Shown here: piece by piece, positions 1 through 9,763 of the stretch
Position numbering within the stretch: position 1 is the stretch's first letter
Layout of the letters: the number at the start of each line of letters is the position of its first letter
Assembly: GCA_963709155.1 (NCBI GenBank)
Contig: CAVPVD010000005.1
Location: forward strand, 152,239-216,238
Direction: 5' to 3'
Length of the DNA: 64,000 nt
DNA from: Bryobacterales bacterium
Lineage (GTDB): Bacteria; Acidobacteriota; Terriglobia; Bryobacterales; Bryobacteraceae
The notes under the pieces: model-generated
What the model saw: only the letters and a program-made list of their open reading frames with translations
Told to the model about the DNA's origin: nothing
Databases searched by the model: none
Program-made: the position numbers and the translations under genes

Positions 1-2
1 AG

Positions 3-320
3 TTGGGTTCGGGCATGACCAATCTGACCGTGCATGTAACCACTATGGGCGGCCGCCCGCTGGATCACGCCGACGTGGTCGTCAAATTCGTGAAGGGCCG
101 CTCCATCATCGAGTTAGGGCGGAAGCTGCGCACCAGTTGGGAGATGCGTACGAATCAGGAGGGCATTGCCAAAGTGCCTGAACTCCCGCAGGGCACCGTT
201 CTCATCCAGGTGATCGCCAAGGGTTACCAGACTTTCGGCCAGACCTACGATGTGGATCAAACCGGGAAAACCATTGAAGTGAAGCTGAACTCGCCGCAGG
301 AACAGTATTCGGCGCATTGA
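3..320 (+). CDS. Small CarboxypepD_reg-like (carboxypeptidase regulatory-like) beta-sandwich protein. The ORF is open to the window edge, so it may be 5'-truncated (first in-frame ATG at 15).
   Basis: LTVHVTTMGGRPLDHADVVV...NQEGIAKVPELPQGTVLIQVIAKGYQTFGQTYDV has the usual CarboxypepD_reg layout (G-x-P-L-x-x-A-x-V ... D-x-x-G ... L-x-x-G-x-(Y/L)-x-(V/I) ... GY). Codon third positions are GC-rich. Confidence 0.5.
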   Translation: MGSGMTNLTVHVTTMGGRPLDHADVVVKFVKGRSIIELGRKLRTSWEMRTNQEGIAKVPELPQGTVLIQVIAKGYQTFGQTYDVDQTGKTIEVKLNSPQEQYSAH

Positions 321-365
321 CGCAATCCGTGCCGCGATCTGCCGATAAGGAAGACGGGAGGCGCA

Positions 366-695
366 GTGATGGCCAGTTCCATAAGTCCTCTGAGTTATTT
401 GGATGGAAGCTCCTACCAGAGCTTAAATCCGGCTTCGTCTTCGGCCACAGCGGCCGGCGCCAGTTCGCCGGTCAGCGCAACCGCGGAATTACAGGCGATC
501 CAGAAGCAGGGCAACATGCAAGCGTTTTTCAACGATTCCATGGCGGTCGCCCTGTTGCAGCCGGCCAACGGCATCTCTAGCGGGATGTCGTCTAATACCC
601 TGATCGACAATATGCTGCAGCAGGTGCTGGGAGCTTACCAGAACCAGACGTCGGCGTTGACCTCGAACACCGCCGGGATATCCGCGTCCGGCTAA
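366..695 (+). CDS. Hypothetical small Ser/Ala/Gln-rich protein (109 aa).
   Basis: An ATG is preceded by GGGAGG at 356-361 and codon use looks coding. I recognise no family. The 3' end overlaps the tkt stop convergently by 4 nt. Confidence 0.45.
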   Translation: MMASSISPLSYLDGSSYQSLNPASSSATAAGASSPVSATAELQAIQKQGNMQAFFNDSMAVALLQPANGISSGMSSNTLIDNMLQQVLGAYQNQTSALTSNTAGISASG

Positions 696-2743
696 CCCAG
701 TACTTCCTTCGCCGCGGCTACCACCGTGGCGGGCAGGAATCCGAATTTCTTCTGTACTTCTTTCAAGGGCGCCGACGCGCCGAACGTGTGCATGCCGATC
801 ATCTTCCCGCGCGGACCGACGTAGCGATCCCACCCCAGCACCGAAGCCTGCTCCACCGACACCCGCGCCGTCACCGCCGCCGGCAGTACCGTCTCCCGAT
901 ATTCCGGCGTCTGCCGCTCGAACAATTCCCAACTCGGCATGCTCACTACCCGCGCCTTCACGCCTTCCGTCGCCAGTTGCTCGTAAGCCTGTACGCACAG
1001 GCTCACTTCGCTTCCCGTGGCTAGCAGTATGACGTCCGGCTTGCCGTCCGGCGCATCCGCCAGAATATAGGCGCCCATTTCCACGCCGGATGCGGCCGCG
1101 TATTTCGTGCGGTCCAGCGTAGGTAGTGCCTGCCGCGTCAGGATCAGCGCGACTGGCTGATGCCGCTGCTTCATCGTGTATCGCCAGCACTCCACCACTT
1201 CATTGGCATCCGCCGGACGCAGCGTCACCAGGCCGGGCACCGCTCGCAGCGAGGCCAGTTGCTCGATCGGCTGGTGTGTCGGGCCATCTTCCCCGACGCC
1301 GATCGAATCGTGAGTGAAAATGTGGATCACGGGTATGTCCATGATGGCCGCCAGCCGGATCGGCGGCTTCATATAATCGCTGAAAATCAGGAAAGTGGAG
1401 CCATAAGCCCGGATCTTCGAAAGGGACAGCCCGTTCACGATGGCGCCCATGGCGTGCTCGCGGATGCCGAAGTGCATATTGCGTCCGCCGCGGTCGTCGG
1501 CCTCGAAATCGCCCGCTCCTTCAAAGGTGAGACGCGTCTTGGTGGACGGGAACAGGTCCGCCGCGCCGCCCATCAGCCACGGAATGTTCCATGCGAGCTT
1601 GTTCAGCACTCTGCCCGACGAATCGCGCGTGGCCAGGCCCTTCGCGTCCGCAGGAAACGTGGGCAGGTCCGTGTCCCAGCCTTCCGGAAGCTGGCGATGC
1701 AGCATGCGGTCGAGCTGATCGGCGAGGTCCGCGTGTTCCACTTTGTATTCCTCGAAACGCGCCCGCCAGGCGTCCCGCAACTGTTGGCCGCGATCGCCCA
1801 TTCCCGCCCGGAAATGCTCCCGCACTCCTTCCGGGACCAGGAATTTGGCATCTTCGGGCCAGCCATAAGCGCGCTTGGCCAGGCGCACTTCTTCTTCGCC
1901 CAAAGGTTCGCCGTGCGCCCCGCTGGTATCCTGCTTGTGCGGCGCCCCGTAGGCGATGTGGCTGTCCACGATGATCAGCGTGGGCCGGTCGGTGGTGCTC
2001 TTGAACACGTGCAGCGCGCGCTCCAGCATCTCCAGATCGTTGGCGTCGCTCACCCGCGTCACGTTCCAGCCATAGCCGATAAAACGCGTGGCTACGTCTT
2101 CGCTGAATGCCAGCGCCGTATGCCCTTCGATGGTGATCTTGTTGTTGTCGTAAATCCAGCAGAGATTGGAGAGCCGGTGGTGGCCCGCCAGGGAAGCGGA
2201 TTCCCCGCTGATGCCCTCCATCATGTCCCCGTCGCCGCAAATCGCGTAGACATCGTAGTCGAACATGTCGAAGCCCGGACGATTGAAATGCTTCGCCAGC
2301 CACCAGCGCGCCATTGCCATGCCAACGCTATTGCCGACGCCCTGGCCCAGCGGACCGGTGGTCGTCTCCACGCCCGAGGTCCAGCGATATTCCGGGTGGC
2401 CCGGACAGGCGCTGTCGAGCTGCCGGAAGCGCTTGATATCTTCCAGCTTCACGGCCAGTTCCCCCAGCGTCTCGTATTGCGGGTTCACCGCCTTCACGCC
2501 GCAAAGATGCAGCAGCGAATAAAGCAGCATCGACGCGTGTCCATTCGACAGTACGAAGCGATCGCGGTCGGGCCAGAGCGGATCTTCCGGATCGAAGCGC
2601 AGGAAATGCTGCCACACCGTGTAGGCCACCGGAGCCAGAGCCATCGGCGCACCCGGATGTCCGGAATTGGCCTGCTGTACCGCGTCCATTGCGAGCGTGC
2701 GAATGGTGTTGATCGAAAGCTGGTCGAGTTGCTCGTTAGTCAT
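692..2743 (-). CDS. tkt: Transketolase.
   Basis: 683 aa. The N-terminus is INTIRTLAMDAVQQANSGHPGAPMALAP, followed by the GDGDMMEGISGE ThDP motif. Length is full and typical for Tkt. Confidence 0.95.
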   Translation of the reverse strand: MTNEQLDQLSINTIRTLAMDAVQQANSGHPGAPMALAPVAYTVWQHFLRFDPEDPLWPDRDRFVLSNGHASMLLYSLLHLCGVKAVNPQYETLGELAVKLEDIKRFRQLDSACPGHPEYRWTSGVETTTGPLGQGVGNSVGMAMARWWLAKHFNRPGFDMFDYDVYAICGDGDMMEGISGESASLAGHHRLSNLCWIYDNNKITIEGHTALAFSEDVATRFIGYGWNVTRVSDANDLEMLERALHVFKSTTDRPTLIIVDSHIAYGAPHKQDTSGAHGEPLGEEEVRLAKRAYGWPEDAKFLVPEGVREHFRAGMGDRGQQLRDAWRARFEEYKVEHADLADQLDRMLHRQLPEGWDTDLPTFPADAKGLATRDSSGRVLNKLAWNIPWLMGGAADLFPSTKTRLTFEGAGDFEADDRGGRNMHFGIREHAMGAIVNGLSLSKIRAYGSTFLIFSDYMKPPIRLAAIMDIPVIHIFTHDSIGVGEDGPTHQPIEQLASLRAVPGLVTLRPADANEVVECWRYTMKQRHQPVALILTRQALPTLDRTKYAAASGVEMGAYILADAPDGKPDVILLATGSEVSLCVQAYEQLATEGVKARVVSMPSWELFERQTPEYRETVLPAAVTARVSVEQASVLGWDRYVGPRGKMIGMHTFGASAPLKEVQKKFGFLPATVVAAAKEVLG

Positions 2744-2799
2744 GACTTTTTATGATACCCTGCCCGGCAGGCGGGCTGCCGTGGCGCGTTTGCCTCCTC

Positions 2800-4035
2800 T
2801 TACAATGGCCCCAAACCCGCATTGATGGTGAACACCACGCCGCCGCCCGTGCCTTTGTCCGGCGTTCCACCATCTCGTGCGCTGCCCGCGATTTCCCCGT
2901 TCATCAGTTGGATCAGCGGAGCCGCCGGCTCCCTCCCGTCCGCGCCGTTGAAAAGGTAAGTGGCAAGCAAAGCCCCTTGCGAGGACAACGTGTAGACCGC
3001 GCCATTGAAGAGTCTTCCCGTGCCGGCGCTGGGCAGCCACAGGTTCCCGTCGGTGGCGAAAATGGGTGTGCCGGCGCCCCATTCAGTAAAGCATATACCC
3101 GACTCCTGAAACCCGCCGCCATCCAGACCGACGTGGTACAGCTCCGAACCGCAAGATCCCACCACGGCGCCGTAAAGCTGCCCGGAGCTCTCGGCCAGCC
3201 CCGTCAACGGGAGATCCGGAAAACTCATCAGGACGCTATACTGCCCGCTGGACGCCACGCGGAAAAGGTAACCCGCGGTCGTGCCGACGGCGCATCCGGC
3301 GCCCGTTACCGCCCCACAATCCACGCCGTAAAAGTTTCCATCCGAGGCCTGCATCAATCCGTGCGGCAAGGCGCCGTCCACCGCGGCATTGAATGCGTGC
3401 AGCAGGGTGAACGCGTGCGTGGCGGGCGCATAGCGAAATACGGTGCCGCAGCCCGTTCCCAGGCAGGAACTGGAAAAAATGCCGCCCGCATAGGTCGTGC
3501 CGTAGAGATTTCCGTCCGTCCCCTGGATCAGCCCGTTCGGCTCCTGGCCGTCGGCGCACCCGGGTGAGTCGCAGAAGTTATGCAGAACCGTGAAGTGCGC
3601 GCCGGCGATACTCATGCGGTACAGCACCCCGCCATTGTAAGCCCCTCCCTCGAACGTGGTGCCGTACAAGTTGCCGTCCTGCCCGATCAACAGGCTGCCG
3701 CCGGGTTGGCTTCCTTGCGTATAGACCCCCTGCGTTGCCGTGAATATGTGGAGCAGCGTGAACTTGCCCCCGGCCAGACTGTAAATAGTCCCGCCGTTCA
3801 CCGGGAAAACATCTCCGCCGGTGCCTTTGCCGCTGGCGTTTGCGGCGCCGTAAAGCGTCCCGTCCGCGGCCTGCAATAAGGCTTGGGGTCCGCTGCCGAT
3901 CGCGCAGGCGGCATTGCCGCTCGCCAGGTAGGTGCAGGGAAACGCAAAGAGCTGCGCCAGTTGCCCGTACGATGCGCCCGCCCCGGCCGCCAGCCAAAGC
4001 CACGCCAATAAGATGATCCGCAACTTGCCTCGCAT
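2800..4035 (-). CDS. Secreted tandem-repeat protein of the choice-of-anchor GloVer type.
   Basis: Signal peptide MRGKLRIILLAWLWLAAGAGA. There are at least six repeats of the D-G-(N/T)-L-Y-G-(T/A)-(T/A)...G-G...(V/L)-(F/Y) pattern (DGNLYGTTFEGGAYNGGVLYRM, DGNLYGTTYAGG...GTVFRY). The start is placed at the internal ATG at 4035 rather than the ORF maximum at 4092. Confidence 0.75.
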   Translation of the reverse strand: MRGKLRIILLAWLWLAAGAGASYGQLAQLFAFPCTYLASGNAACAIGSGPQALLQAADGTLYGAANASGKGTGGDVFPVNGGTIYSLAGGKFTLLHIFTATQGVYTQGSQPGGSLLIGQDGNLYGTTFEGGAYNGGVLYRMSIAGAHFTVLHNFCDSPGCADGQEPNGLIQGTDGNLYGTTYAGGIFSSSCLGTGCGTVFRYAPATHAFTLLHAFNAAVDGALPHGLMQASDGNFYGVDCGAVTGAGCAVGTTAGYLFRVASSGQYSVLMSFPDLPLTGLAESSGQLYGAVVGSCGSELYHVGLDGGGFQESGICFTEWGAGTPIFATDGNLWLPSAGTGRLFNGAVYTLSSQGALLATYLFNGADGREPAAPLIQLMNGEIAGSARDGGTPDKGTGGGVVFTINAGLGPL

Positions 4036-4080
4036 ATCGGCTCCTCTGCCGGAAGTGTACCACCGATTTCCCGAAGCGCA

Positions 4081-4107
4081 CCCGTGGCGCACGCTGAAAA
4101 CGTGCGC
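4081..4107. repeat. Partial or variant copy of REP-like family 1 (first hairpin only).
   Basis: cccgtggcgcacgctgaaaacgtgcgc shares the cccgtggcgcacgc arm with the copies at 44855, 47695 and 55016. The stem is GCGCACG/CGTGCGC. Confidence 0.5.
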
Positions 4108-4158
4108 TACTTCTCAGCGGTAACGGCGCGTCGTGTACGATGGTATTATCCCTGCAAA

Positions 4159-7008
4159 ATGGACTCGCACAACGTTGATTTAAAGCAGACCGTCAATCTG
4201 CCCCGTACCGGCTTCTCCATGAAGGCCAACCTCGCCCAGGCCGAGCCGAAGATGCTCGACCGCTGGCGCGCCGAGGACATCTACGCCCAGATCCGCCGCG
4301 CACGTTCCGGCCGCCCTACTTACATCCTGCACGATGGCCCGCCTTACGCCAACGGCCGCATCCACCTCGGAACGGCCTTCAACAAAATTCTCAAGGACTT
4401 CATCGTCAAGTCCAAAACCATGGCGGGTTTCGATGCCCCCTACGTCCCGGGCTGGGACTGCCACGGCCTGCCCATCGAAATCAAGGTGGATAGCGAACTC
4501 GGCGCGCGCAAGGCCACCATGACCCCGGCCGAGATCCGCGCCGAATGCCGCAAATACGCCGAAAAGTACGTCGATCTGCAGCGCACGGACTTCATACGTC
4601 TCGGCGTCTTCGGCCGCTGGGACGACCCCTACCTCACCATGAGCGCGCATTATCAGTCTGTAATCGCCGCGGCGTTCGTGGATTTCCTCGATCGGGGATA
4701 CGTCTACAAGGGACTGAAACCGGTGCACTGGTGCATGCGCGACCGCACCGCTTTGGCGGAAGCCGAAGTCGAATACGCCGATCATTCGAGCCCCTCCATC
4801 TGGGTGCGCTTCGCCCTCACATCCGATCCCGCCCGCATCGATTCCGCGCTCGCCGGACGCCACGTCTACGGGCTCATCTGGACCACCACGCCCTGGACCA
4901 TCCCGGCTAACATGGCCATCGCGTTTCATCCCAAATACGAGTACGTGGCCGTCGCCGTGCCGGGCGAGACCACTCCGCCGGCCGACCCTGTCTACATCGT
5001 GGCTGCCGATCTGCTCAACGTCACCGCCGAAAAATGCGGTTGGACCGATTACCAGATCCTGGCCCGCTTCCCCGGTGCGCGCCTCGAACGCGCGATCTTC
5101 CATCACCCGTTTCTGCGCCGTGATTCGCTCGGCATCCTGGCTGAACACGTCACGCTCGAACAAGGCACCGGAGCTGTCCACACCGCCCCGGGACACGGCC
5201 AGGAGGACTACGTCGTCGGCCGCCAGTATGGTATCGAAACTTATTGCCCCGTGGATGCCGGGGGCCGCTTCTACCACGCCGAAGGAGCCCCCGGCCGCCT
5301 CCCCGAAGAGATCATCGGCAAAACCGTCTGGGAAGCCAATCCCATCGTCATGGGGATCTTGCGCGGGCATCACGCGTTGCTCGCCACGGAAAAGATCGAA
5401 CACAGCTATCCGCATTGCTGGCGCTGCCACAAGCCCACCATCTTCCGCGCCACCGAACAGTGGTTCATCGGCATGGACCGCAACGATTTCCGCCAGCATG
5501 CGTTGGAGGCCGTTCGCCAGGTCCGCTGGATGCCCGAATGGGGCCAGGAGCGCATCTCCAATATGATCGCCATCCGCCCGGATTGGTGCATCTCGCGCCA
5601 GCGCGTGTGGGGCGTGCCCATCATCGTTTTCTATTGCGACCGTTGCCGCGAGCCGCTCACCGATCGCAAAATCCTCGACGGCATCGTGCGCCTGTTCGCC
5701 GAGCATACCGCGGACGTCTGGTATCAGCGCACCGCGGCCGAATTGCTGCCTCCCGATATCGCCTGCGCCAAATGCGGAGGCCACGAATTCAGCAAGGAGA
5801 GCGACATCCTGGATGTCTGGTTCGATTCCGGCTCCAGCCACCTGGCTGTGCTCACGCCGGCGAACGATTTAACCTGGCCCGCCGATCTCTACATGGAAGG
5901 CGGCGATCAGTATCGCGGCTGGTTCCACAGCTCGCTCCTGGTGGGGGTGGGACTCAAGGGCGGCTCGCCCTATCGCGCCTGCGCCCTGAACGGCTGGGTC
6001 CTCGATGGCGAGGGCCGCGCCATGCACAAATCCCTCGGCAACTCCATTGAACCCGAAGAGATCATCAAGCATCATGGCGCGGATCTCGTGCGCCTGTGGT
6101 CGGCTTCGGTCGAGTTCCACGAAGATGTGCGCGTATCCGAGACCATCCTCACCCGCTTGCAGGAGGCCTACCGCAAGCTGCGCAATACGTTCCGCTATTT
6201 CCTGGGCAACCTTTCGGGCTTCGACCCGCGCACGGATGCCGTGCCGGTGGACGAAATGCTGGAGCTGGACCAGTGGATCCTGCTGCGGGCCGAAGCGCTG
6301 GTCTCCAATTGCCGCGCGTGGTATGACGAGCTCGCCTTCCACAAGGTCTACCGCGCCCTTTACGATTTTGCCACGGTGGATCTCAGCGCCCTGTATTTCG
6401 ACGTATTGAAAGACCGGCTGTACACCGCCGCCGCCAAATCGCACGCGCGCCGCAGCGCCCAAACGGCCCTCTACCGCCTCGAATACGCGCTGGTCCGGTT
6501 GATCGCGCCCATTTTGACCTTCACCGCCGAGGAGATCTGGACTCACATGGGGCAGCCGGAGAGCGTCCATCTGGAGCTTTTCCCGGAGCCCGCCGAATTG
6601 ACCGCGGACCTGTCCGATGCGCATAGGAAACGATCCGGCAACTGGGACCGTCTCATGAAAGTGAGGGAAGACGTGCTCAAGAGCCTCGAGCAGGCCCGCC
6701 AGGAAAAATTCATCGGCGCGCCCCTCGAGGCCAGAGTACGCTTGACGGCCAACCAGGATATCTACCCGCTCCTCGAAGAATATGCGGCGGAACTGCCCGC
6801 GCTCTTCATCGTTTCGCAAGTGAGTGTGAACCGGGCTTCGGCGTGCGAGGGCCTTTCGCCGGAAATCGCCGTCAAGATCGAACGTGCTGACGGCATCAAG
6901 TGCGAACGCTGCTGGAAATACACCACCGATACCGGCGCGGACGCCCGCTTTCCTACCATCTGCGCGGCTTGTGCCGGCGCCGTGAAAGAGATGCTCGATG
7001 ATCGATAG
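4159..7008 (+). CDS. ileS: Isoleucine--tRNA ligase (type 1, with C-terminal zinc finger).
   Basis: MDSHNVDLKQTVNLPRTGFSMKANL aligns with the E. coli IleRS N-terminus. The HIGH-type motif is PYANGRIHLGTAF and the KMSKS-type motif is AMHKSLGN. The C-terminus carries CERCWKY...CAAC. The start is the internal ATG at 4159, not the ORF maximum at 4084. Confidence 0.95.
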   Translation: MDSHNVDLKQTVNLPRTGFSMKANLAQAEPKMLDRWRAEDIYAQIRRARSGRPTYILHDGPPYANGRIHLGTAFNKILKDFIVKSKTMAGFDAPYVPGWDCHGLPIEIKVDSELGARKATMTPAEIRAECRKYAEKYVDLQRTDFIRLGVFGRWDDPYLTMSAHYQSVIAAAFVDFLDRGYVYKGLKPVHWCMRDRTALAEAEVEYADHSSPSIWVRFALTSDPARIDSALAGRHVYGLIWTTTPWTIPANMAIAFHPKYEYVAVAVPGETTPPADPVYIVAADLLNVTAEKCGWTDYQILARFPGARLERAIFHHPFLRRDSLGILAEHVTLEQGTGAVHTAPGHGQEDYVVGRQYGIETYCPVDAGGRFYHAEGAPGRLPEEIIGKTVWEANPIVMGILRGHHALLATEKIEHSYPHCWRCHKPTIFRATEQWFIGMDRNDFRQHALEAVRQVRWMPEWGQERISNMIAIRPDWCISRQRVWGVPIIVFYCDRCREPLTDRKILDGIVRLFAEHTADVWYQRTAAELLPPDIACAKCGGHEFSKESDILDVWFDSGSSHLAVLTPANDLTWPADLYMEGGDQYRGWFHSSLLVGVGLKGGSPYRACALNGWVLDGEGRAMHKSLGNSIEPEEIIKHHGADLVRLWSASVEFHEDVRVSETILTRLQEAYRKLRNTFRYFLGNLSGFDPRTDAVPVDEMLELDQWILLRAEALVSNCRAWYDELAFHKVYRALYDFATVDLSALYFDVLKDRLYTAAAKSHARRSAQTALYRLEYALVRLIAPILTFTAEEIWTHMGQPESVHLELFPEPAELTADLSDAHRKRSGNWDRLMKVREDVLKSLEQARQEKFIGAPLEARVRLTANQDIYPLLEEYAAELPALFIVSQVSVNRASACEGLSPEIAVKIERADGIKCERCWKYTTDTGADARFPTICAACAGAVKEMLDDR

Positions 7009-7489
7009 CCGGGTGAAAGCATACGGCCTTTCCGCGATCGTTTTCGCCCTCGACCGTGTGACCAAATGGTTCATCGAAGCGCACGTCTCCGCCTTCGACG
7101 TGCACCCGGTCATTCCCGGCTTCTTCGATATCGTGCATTCGCAGAATCGCGGCGTGGCCTTCGGCTTGATGAACGATTCCACGTCGCCCTGGCGCACCAC
7201 CGTGCTCATCGTGTTCGCATCCGCCGCGTTACTCGTGGTGGCCAGGCTGCTCTGGAAGACCTCGCGCCTGGACCGCTGGACGGCTCTCGGTCTGTCCCTG
7301 GTGCTGGGCGGCGCGGCCGGCAACCTGTTTGACCGCATCGTGTGGGGCCGCGTAACCGATTTTCTGGAATTCTATATCGGCGACTGGCACTGGCCCACGT
7401 TCAATGTGGCCGACTCCTGCGTGGTGATCGGCAGCGGCCTGTTGTTACTCGAATTGCTCCGGCCCAAGCGCCAGCCGGCGGACGCCTGA
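6998..7489 (+). CDS. lspA: Lipoprotein signal peptidase (signal peptidase II).
   Basis: 163 aa with DRVTKW, NRGVAFGL and FNVADSCVVIG motifs. It overlaps the ileS stop by 11 nt, the classical ileS-lspA synteny. Confidence 0.9.
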   Translation: MIDSRVKAYGLSAIVFALDRVTKWFIEAHVSAFDVHPVIPGFFDIVHSQNRGVAFGLMNDSTSPWRTTVLIVFASAALLVVARLLWKTSRLDRWTALGLSLVLGGAAGNLFDRIVWGRVTDFLEFYIGDWHWPTFNVADSCVVIGSGLLLLELLRPKRQPADA

Positions 7490-8286
7490 TGTTCCCTCAG
7501 CTCTTTCACATCGGAAGCTATTCGCAGGCGACCTATGGAGTGCTGGTCGCGCTGGCCTTCCTGGTGGCTATCTCCCTGATCGCGCGCCTGGCGCGCCAAG
7601 CCTCGCTCAATAGCGATGCGGTCGTGAATCTTGGCATTCTCTGCGGCCTCAGCGCCATCGTGGGCGCCAAGATCATGATGTTCCTGATCGACGTTCCCTA
7701 CTACGTGCGCAATCCGGGCGAAATCTTCTCCCTCGCCAGCCTTCAGGCCGGCGGGGTTTTCTACGGCGGATTGATTGCGGCCCTGATCGCGGCGATTATC
7801 TATATGCGCCGCCATCACCTTCCGGCGCTTCCCACCGCCGATGTTTTTGCGCCCGGCATCGCGCTGGGCCACGGCATCGGCCGCCTGGGCTGTTTTGCCG
7901 CGGGCTGCTGCTGGGGCAAACCCACCAACCTGCCCTGGGGTGTGACCTTCACCAACCCGGTCTCCCACGAGCTGGTGGGCGTGCCGCTCGATATCAAGCT
8001 GCATCCCACCCAGTTGTACGAGTCCGTGGCCGAGTTCGTCATCTTCGGCATTCTTTTCTGGCGAATTCGCCGCCCGCATGCGCCCGGCGCGATCATCAGC
8101 CTGTACTTGATCTTATATTCCTCGGTCCGCTTCCTGGTGGAATTCGTGCGCTATCATGAACAGCCCAATCCCTTCGGTGGCCCGCTGAACGCCTCCCAGT
8201 GGATCTCCCTGTTCCTCATCGCCCTGGGCGCCGCCTGGTTCCTGTGGGGCAGACGTCCCGGCCTGCACGACTCCGCCCCCCGCTGA
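7489..8286 (+). CDS. lgt: Prolipoprotein diacylglyceryl transferase.
   Basis: GHGIGRLGCFAAGCCWGKPTNLPWGVTF and HPTQLYES motifs. The start ATG at 7489 overlaps the lspA TGA (TGATG). Confidence 0.9.
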   Translation: MFPQLFHIGSYSQATYGVLVALAFLVAISLIARLARQASLNSDAVVNLGILCGLSAIVGAKIMMFLIDVPYYVRNPGEIFSLASLQAGGVFYGGLIAALIAAIIYMRRHHLPALPTADVFAPGIALGHGIGRLGCFAAGCCWGKPTNLPWGVTFTNPVSHELVGVPLDIKLHPTQLYESVAEFVIFGILFWRIRRPHAPGAIISLYLILYSSVRFLVEFVRYHEQPNPFGGPLNASQWISLFLIALGAAWFLWGRRPGLHDSAPR

Positions 8287-8346
8287 AATCGTCCGCTGGG
8301 ATCCGCTCTCTCGCGCATGCTAGAGTGGACTAAAACGGAGAAAGCA

Positions 8347-9129
8347 ATGGCCTTCTGTCAGAACTGTGGAGCGCAAATCAGCGGCGATTTCTGCACGGCT
8401 TGTGGAACTCGCGCACGAGCGGCCGATGTGCCGCCGGCCAGCCCCGCGACGCGGAAAACCAGCCCGCTGGTCTGGATCATGGTGGCCGTACTGGGCGTCT
8501 TTATCCTGTTCGGTGTCGCCGTCCTCGGCGGCGGCCTTTTCCTGGTCCATAAAGCGAAACAAGCAGGGCTCGATTCGCAATTGATGCGCAACAATCCCGG
8601 CCTCGCCACCGCCAAACTGCTGGCTGCCACCAATCCGGACCTGGAGGTGGTCTCGAGCGACGACCAGCGCGGCCTCATCACCATCCGCCAGAAGTCCACC
8701 GGAAAGACCATGACCGTGAATTTCGCGGACATGAAGGCAGGCCGTCTCACGTTCAAAGAGGATGGCAAGGATTCCGTAACCCTGGAGGCCCATGGCGATG
8801 GCGGTAGCCCGTCCGCCTTGCCATCGTGGATTCCGCCCTATCCGAACTCCAGGCCCACCAGCACTTTCAGAATCGACAGCGGCGACCAGGGCTCCTCTGC
8901 CAGTTTCAAATTCCAGACCCAGGACCAGCCCAAGGGCGTGCTCGCGTTTTATGAACAGGGACTGAAGCAGAACGGATTCCGCATCACCGCGTCTACCGCG
9001 TCCGAAAGTGGCGGCTCCTCCGGCGGCCTGATTTCAGGAGAGGATACGGCCGGCCGGCGCACGGTAGTCGTCACCGTGGGGAGTGCCGGACCAGGCGCCA
9101 CCGTCAGTGTGACTTACTCGCAGAAATAA
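8347..9129 (+). CDS. Hypothetical membrane protein: N-terminal zinc ribbon, one TM helix and an extracytoplasmic domain.
   Basis: MAFCQNCGAQISGDFCTACG has the CxxC...CxxC pattern, followed by the TM helix LVWIMVAVLGVFILFGVAVLGGGLFLV. I recognise no family for the C-terminal part. Confidence 0.6.
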   Translation: MAFCQNCGAQISGDFCTACGTRARAADVPPASPATRKTSPLVWIMVAVLGVFILFGVAVLGGGLFLVHKAKQAGLDSQLMRNNPGLATAKLLAATNPDLEVVSSDDQRGLITIRQKSTGKTMTVNFADMKAGRLTFKEDGKDSVTLEAHGDGGSPSALPSWIPPYPNSRPTSTFRIDSGDQGSSASFKFQTQDQPKGVLAFYEQGLKQNGFRITASTASESGGSSGGLISGEDTAGRRTVVVTVGSAGPGATVSVTYSQK

Positions 9130-9763
9130 CCCAATCCGCCAGATCTTCCATGCGGTCCACCAGCAGATCCGGCGGCAGCGTCCGCAGCGTCTCCGGCTGA
9201 AACCCATACGTCACGCCGCAGGATTTTACGTGCGCGTTGCGCGCCGTCTCCATATCCACGGAACTGTCCCCCACCATCATGGTGGTGTCTGGTGTGGCGC
9301 CGCATTCCGCGATCAACTTTTCCACTCCGACGGGGTGCGGTTTCTTGAACTCGAAACTATTCCCTCCATAGACCTGCCGGAAATGTCCGCCCACGCCCAG
9401 CCCGTCCAGAATGGCCCGGCTGATCCGCACGGGCTTGTTGGTCAGTACGGCCATGCGCACGCCCGCATCCCGCAGCCGGTCTAGCGATTCCTTCACGCCC
9501 GGATACAGCACCGTGCAATCCAGCATGTGGTCGCGATAGTACTCCAGGAAGAATTCCAGGGCTTCCTGCACCTGCGCTTCGCTGGCTTCAGCGCCCAATA
9601 CCCGGCGGATCAGCACGGGCGCGCCGTTGCCCACATAGGAATAAACCCGCTCGTTCTCGATGGGCGGCATTCCCATGTGGCCCCGGGCCGCATTAGCCGC
9701 ATGCGCCAGGTCGAGTCTCGAATCGATGAGCGTGCCGTCCAGGTCGAAGATCAGCAGGTCCAT
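9104..9763 (-). CDS. gph: HAD-superfamily hydrolase, phosphoglycolate phosphatase-like.
   Basis: DLDGTLIDS (HAD motif I), LTNK (motif II) and MVGDSSVDMETARNA (motif IV). The Gph-like cap region is YVGNGAPVLIRRVLG. Confidence 0.7.
   Translation of the reverse strand: MDLLIFDLDGTLIDSRLDLAHAANAARGHMGMPPIENERVYSYVGNGAPVLIRRVLGAEASEAQVQEALEFFLEYYRDHMLDCTVLYPGVKESLDRLRDAGVRMAVLTNKPVRISRAILDGLGVGGHFRQVYGGNSFEFKKPHPVGVEKLIAECGATPDTTMMVGDSSVDMETARNAHVKSCGVTYGFQPETLRTLPPDLLVDRMEDLADWVISASKSH

Noticed and set aside
1160-2755. A 531-aa plus-strand ORF covering most of the tkt locus.
   Set aside because: It is antisense to an unmistakable transketolase. The composition is Arg/Ala/Gly/Pro-rich, typical of shadow ORFs in high-GC DNA, and there are no motifs.
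4180-7338. Long minus-strand ORFs (4180-5841, 5869-7338) opposite ileS/lspA.
   Set aside because: They are shadow ORFs antisense to well-supported genes, with low-complexity Arg/Gly/Ala content.
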